This document shows positions 59,992 to 64,000 of a stretch of 64,000 bases of DNA, piece by piece (within the stretch, counting starts at the first letter, position 1; each line of letters begins with the position of its first letter). The stretch comes from Promethearchaeia archaeon (GTDB taxonomy: Archaea; Asgardarchaeota; Lokiarchaeia; Sigyniarchaeales; SOKP01). Where the stretch lies: the NCBI GenBank assembly GCA_029856155.1, contig JAHQWL010000052.1, forward strand, positions 32,001 to 96,000, in the 5' to 3' direction. A program made the translations under genes and the position numbers. A model generated the notes under the pieces. It made no database searches and was not told where the DNA came from. It worked only from the letters and a program-made list of their open reading frames with translations.

Positions 59992-62372
59992 TGTTGTCCA
60001 CCTCCAAGATATTGTTGCATAACCTTCTTTTGTTGCATAAAACCCATGAAAAAGCCAGAAAGTTGAGAAAGAAATAATCCTTCTCCTCCGACCTTAGCGG
60101 ATTGTAGGCTATTATATATTCCAGTTAAAGATTCCTTGTTCTTTTCAAAAAATTCTTTCATCTCTGGCAAATGAATAATGCGATCAAGTTCAGCTTTAAA
60201 AGTTCCAAAACCAGTAGGATCACCTACTTCAGCAGCCGCTTCTTTTAGAAGAATGGAGGTTTTATCTTTAAAGATATTGTGTGAACGTTTTAATTGTTGG
60301 ATATAACTATATACATTCTCACAAAAACCATCGAAATCAGCTGGTGTAAATTCATGTCCTAACTCACGGCTAAGATCGGCACTGGATAGGTCGCCCCAAC
60401 TAACATCCAAACCCTTTAAAGGCACTACTTGAATACCCTGATTCTTAGCATTTTTTAAGATTTTAATCATTTCCGGGGAATTAATAGAGCCGGCTGTGGC
60501 AAGAAAAAGAACTAAATCAGTAGCATTAAGGTTAGATTCAATTGGAGGAAGAATAGCAAATATTTCACTTTTAGCTTCTAAAAATTCAGATAATTCTGAT
60601 ATACGATGAGCCTCTGCATCTACTTCAGTATGAATTAACATAACTGCTATACTTGCTCGCTGACGACAATATTCTAAAATAGCATTAGTATCTCTTTCGG
60701 CAATAGCTTGTTCTTCCTCTGAGAAAGGATTACCAGCAATGTCTAGATCCTTTAAAGATTCCATTATATATATAAAATATGGAATATGTTTGAGTTGATT
60801 CTCACCTATACTTAAGTCTCTTAAATTCAATTTAGTTATATGCTCAGGAATTTCGCTTAACTCGTTATCAGCAATCCAAAAAGTATCCAATGATTCTAAA
60901 TTTGAGATAGAATCAGGTAACGATGTTATTTTATTACCACGTAAAAAAAGTCTGGTTAATAATTTTAACTGGTCAATGCATTCAGGAATTGACCCTATAT
61001 TATTGTATGAAAGAACCAAATCATCTAATTTTTCCAATTTACAAAGGGAGGGAGGAATATTTGAAATTCTATTACTTCCAAGATCTAAATTAGTTAAATT
61101 AGTTAATTCTCCTATTGATTCTGGGATTTCGGTTATACGATTTGTGCTTAAATTAACTTTTTTAAGGGAAGTTAACTCTCCAAAATTAGCAGGAAGGGAT
61201 CTTAAACCATTACTTTCACATGTAAATTTTCTAAGTTTTTTCAAATTACAAAAGGACTGAGGAAGTTCCATGATTGCATTATATACTGCTTTATCGTCAT
61301 TGGTTGACCAAGATCCATTTAAATTTAACTCTTCCAACTCTATTAGATTACCAAAACTTTCGGGTAATGAATCAATTTTATTCCATTGAAGATCTAAGAA
61401 TCTTAATTTGGTTAAATTTCCTATTGTATCAGGTAAAAGATCCAATTCTTTCATTACTAAATTTAGCCCAATTACGTGTTTATTGTCACAAGCGAAACCA
61501 AAATGGCTTACATCGACTGGTTTCTCAGAGGTTTCTCGCTTATATTGTTCGATTCTGCCTTCTTGCGACTCTTGTGGAGCTTGTGTTTGATCTCCATACT
61601 GAGCGAGAATATTTTGAATATTTTGATGGACTGCTTGAGCATGTTGTTTAGCGGCCTGGATAGCTGATTCTTCAGTCATGCCCAATAAAGGTTTCAAACC
61701 TGCTAAAGTTGGATCAGCAACACCCAATTGTTCAATTCCAACATCAAAAGTTTTTTTCAATTGCTCTTGATATTCTGGAGTAATCATTGAATCATAATAT
61801 TTGATACTTTCCTTTTCCAATTCTTCAAGGGTTATTTGAGTAAACATTAAATCCTGAATTCTTTGAGTTTCTTGTTTATTTATTTTTTGAAGTTTAAAGT
61901 TTTCCTGCATAAACAATGCCATTGCTTTTCCTTTTTGTTGCGCTTTCTCCTCGTCCATCTCTAGCATGGATTTTATTTGCTGAACAGATGGATGGTTTTC
62001 TCCATACATAGGTATGAGCATATTAAGCTGTGTTTGAAGATTTGCTTTCATTGCTGGGTTGACTTGCGCCATATATTGACTTATATAGGTATTTTCCAAC
62101 TGTTCCAACGATAATTGTGCCAATTGTTCCTGTGTTGCTGCTTGAGCTTTAAATGCTTGAGCTTGCTGATTTAGAATGGTCTCGACAGACATTTGAGTTG
62201 AAGCAGGTTGGTATGCCATCATCTGCTGTGCATATTGCTCTTTACTTTCATCCCTATTTTCACGACAAGGGATTTTCTCTGCTATTAATTTCTCAATTTC
62301 CTCAAGGAATTCTGCTTCTGATGCTACTAAAAAAACACCATTATATTCTTTTAATTCTTCAATAATTATCAC
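59988..62372 (-). CDS. LRR protein with inserted Q/M-rich repeat domain and degenerate TIR-like domain; paralog of the downstream gene
   Basis: 10 LRRs, then VMLIH...TDLVLFLATAGSINSPEMIKIL...VVPLKGLDVSW; 4-nt ATGA overlap with the next gene. Confidence 0.8.
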   Translation of the reverse strand: MIIIEELKEYNGVFLVASEAEFLEEIEKLIAEKIPCRENRDESKEQYAQQMMAYQPASTQMSVETILNQQAQAFKAQAATQEQLAQLSLEQLENTYISQYMAQVNPAMKANLQTQLNMLIPMYGENHPSVQQIKSMLEMDEEKAQQKGKAMALFMQENFKLQKINKQETQRIQDLMFTQITLEELEKESIKYYDSMITPEYQEQLKKTFDVGIEQLGVADPTLAGLKPLLGMTEESAIQAAKQHAQAVHQNIQNILAQYGDQTQAPQESQEGRIEQYKRETSEKPVDVSHFGFACDNKHVIGLNLVMKELDLLPDTIGNLTKLRFLDLQWNKIDSLPESFGNLIELEELNLNGSWSTNDDKAVYNAIMELPQSFCNLKKLRKFTCESNGLRSLPANFGELTSLKKVNLSTNRITEIPESIGELTNLTNLDLGSNRISNIPPSLCKLEKLDDLVLSYNNIGSIPECIDQLKLLTRLFLRGNKITSLPDSISNLESLDTFWIADNELSEIPEHITKLNLRDLSIGENQLKHIPYFIYIMESLKDLDIAGNPFSEEEQAIAERDTNAILEYCRQRASIAVMLIHTEVDAEAHRISELSEFLEAKSEIFAILPPIESNLNATDLVLFLATAGSINSPEMIKILKNAKNQGIQVVPLKGLDVSWGDLSSADLSRELGHEFTPADFDGFCENVYSYIQQLKRSHNIFKDKTSILLKEAAAEVGDPTGFGTFKAELDRIIHLPEMKEFFEKNKESLTGIYNSLQSAKVGGEGLFLSQLSGFFMGFMQQKKVMQQYLGGGQQ

Positions 62373-62516
62373 CTAATAGGAATTATGATTAAAATTTTGA
62401 TTGTGTATATTGATATGTACAATTAATGAAGCTTAAGAATTTTTATATGTTTGCTTTCATATATTAACAAATCAAATGAAAATTATTTGAAATTAATCTA
62501 ATAAACAGTGACAAAG

Positions 62517-64000
62517 ATGGAAATAAACTCTTTCAAAAGAGGCAATTCTAGAAAATCTAACTATGAGCAGACATCTAGTGAAGCAAAAATATCTAAAAAA
62601 GTAATAGATTCCGTATTATCGCAACATACACTTGAAGTAAGGGATATCGAAATTAGTCCTGATGGTAAATTCTTAATATCTTGCTCTGAATGTGAAGAAA
62701 ACGAAAATCCATATATAATAGTTTGGAATGTTGATGAGCTTCTAGAAGGAGACACTAAACCTGAAATTATACTCCACGCAGAGAAAAAAGATATTCAAAA
62801 TACCAAAATTACTAATTGGTTATTATGTGTTGATTCTGCAGTTATAGAATTAGGAAACATTAAATGGTGGGTCATATGTGCTGGAAGCATAATTGGAGAT
62901 ATCTACATTTGGTGTTTCAGGCGTACCCTTGATTCAAGGAAATGGGATTTTGAGAATTATAAATCTATTATCTTGTCTGGAAGTAATGGAACCTTTGGAA
63001 ATTATCCAAATGCCATTTTTGATATTAAGATTCAAAATAATATAAATCAAAATAACTTACTTGATTTATACTATGTTTTAAATAATATCCATACTACTTG
63101 GAAAGAAAAAACTTATGATAACACACTTAATAAGTTGACAATATCGATCGATGAATTAGGAATGATTAGAACAGTAGATAAACCTAAAATTATTGGTACA
63201 AATGATGTGTGGATAACAAAAATAATGGTCAATAGAGATCTTAAAGATGAATTAATAATTACAGGCTCTAAAGAAGGAAAAGTTAATTTATGGAATCTTA
63301 GCGCTGGAACTGATTCAACATTAATAGGTGAACATGATGGATCAATTACGGATATAAGCATAATTAGAAATGGTAAAATGATTGCGTCTTCTTCTAATGA
63401 TACGAAAATAACTATTTGGGAAAAAGATAATCAAAACAAATATCATAAGAAAAAAGATCTTATAGGGCATACAGAAGCTGTTTTAACAATTGATATTCAG
63501 ACTGATGACAATTATTTACTTTCTGCAGGTAAAGACAATACTATTAAAATCTGGGATTTAAATGAATTAACTTGGATAAGAAGTATAGATATGCATTATT
63601 ATGTAGATAAATATGAAAAAAATTTAAAAACTACTGTAAAAGGAGTTCAGATAAAGGGACTAAATTTTATTAGAAATATTAAAATAACTCCTGATAATCG
63701 ATATGTATTTATATCAAAATATGACAAAATAATTATTCTACGTAATTTTGGCTCTGTATGGCATTTCATCCAACAGTTAAAATTTATTAAAAATTATGAT
63801 CCCGAGTTATATCGAAAAATTTATGGAGATAATTTAAGGCAAATTGCTAAATATAGTCCAGAAAATCTAGAGTCCCTCAATAAAATGTATAATATCATAA
63901 AAAACCGTTTAATAAAAAACAGGAAACTTGAATTAGCAGGCAAAACAGAACAAAAAATAGACTATAATATGCGTGAATTAAGCCCCCTTTTTATACCTTC
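62517..64000 (+). CDS. WD40-repeat beta-propeller protein (runs off the window; not in ORF track)
   Basis: ATG 62517; HTLEVRDIEISPDGKFLISCS, GEHDGSITDISI...IASSSNDTKITIWE, GHTEAVLTIDI...LSAGKDNTIKIWD. Confidence 0.85.
   Translation, partial: MEINSFKRGNSRKSNYEQTSSEAKISKKVIDSVLSQHTLEVRDIEISPDGKFLISCSECEENENPYIIVWNVDELLEGDTKPEIILHAEKKDIQNTKITNWLLCVDSAVIELGNIKWWVICAGSIIGDIYIWCFRRTLDSRKWDFENYKSIILSGSNGTFGNYPNAIFDIKIQNNINQNNLLDLYYVLNNIHTTWKEKTYDNTLNKLTISIDELGMIRTVDKPKIIGTNDVWITKIMVNRDLKDELIITGSKEGKVNLWNLSAGTDSTLIGEHDGSITDISIIRNGKMIASSSNDTKITIWEKDNQNKYHKKKDLIGHTEAVLTIDIQTDDNYLLSAGKDNTIKIWDLNELTWIRSIDMHYYVDKYEKNLKTTVKGVQIKGLNFIRNIKITPDNRYVFISKYDKIIILRNFGSVWHFIQQLKFIKNYDPELYRKIYGDNLRQIAKYSPENLESLNKMYNIIKNRLIKNRKLELAGKTEQKIDYNMRELSPLFIP

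Noticed and set aside
58300-61440. 69-bp periodicity read as a CRISPR array or DNA tandem repeat
   Set aside because: The periodicity is the 23-aa LRR coding pattern; there are no identical nucleotide repeats with spacers
57589-62372. LRR proteins as Roco (LRR-Roc-COR) or NLR proteins
   Set aside because: No P-loop/Walker A or Roc GTPase motif between the LRRs and the TIR-like domain in either protein
1422-63361. Short track ORFs antisense to or overlapping larger genes (e.g. 1422, 3617, 6007, 6733, 16074, 36150, 37942, 46680, 58283, 59426, 60976, 62561, 63113)
   Set aside because: They are shadows of well-supported genes on the other strand or frame and have no motifs of their own

Overview
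Very AT-rich, archaeal-type chromosomal segment that is almost certainly from an Asgard archaeon of the Lokiarchaeia type. This rests on aCPSF1, proteasome beta subunit, SmAP-rpl37e, geranylgeranyl reductase, a divergent EF-2 paralog, roadblock and longin-like proteins, and a PGF/Loki-CTERM-type sorting tail. Most of the window is housekeeping. The main points of interest are: (1) an overlapping two-gene operon (57589-62372, minus) encoding two paralogous soluble LRR-TIR proteins, one with an intact TIR catalytic Glu and one with a degenerate TIR plus an inserted two-repeat Q/M-rich domain, divergent from a WD40 gene and near a TM-anchored C1q/TNF-like gene; this is the best candidate for an undescribed sensor/executor immune or signalling system; (2) an inositol-phosphate locus (17256-25745) with MIPS, four ITPK1-like ATP-grasp kinases, a HAD phosphatase with a Lys-rich tail and a membrane-anchored clan GH-D glycosidase; (3) two tRNA genes with non-canonical D-arm introns; (4) a free-standing LAGLIDADG-HTH gene behind tRNA-Leu; (5) several genes missed or truncated by the ORF track, plus two pseudogenes. 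No CRISPR array, rRNA or transposase was seen. All family assignments come from motif recognition by eye, with no database searches.
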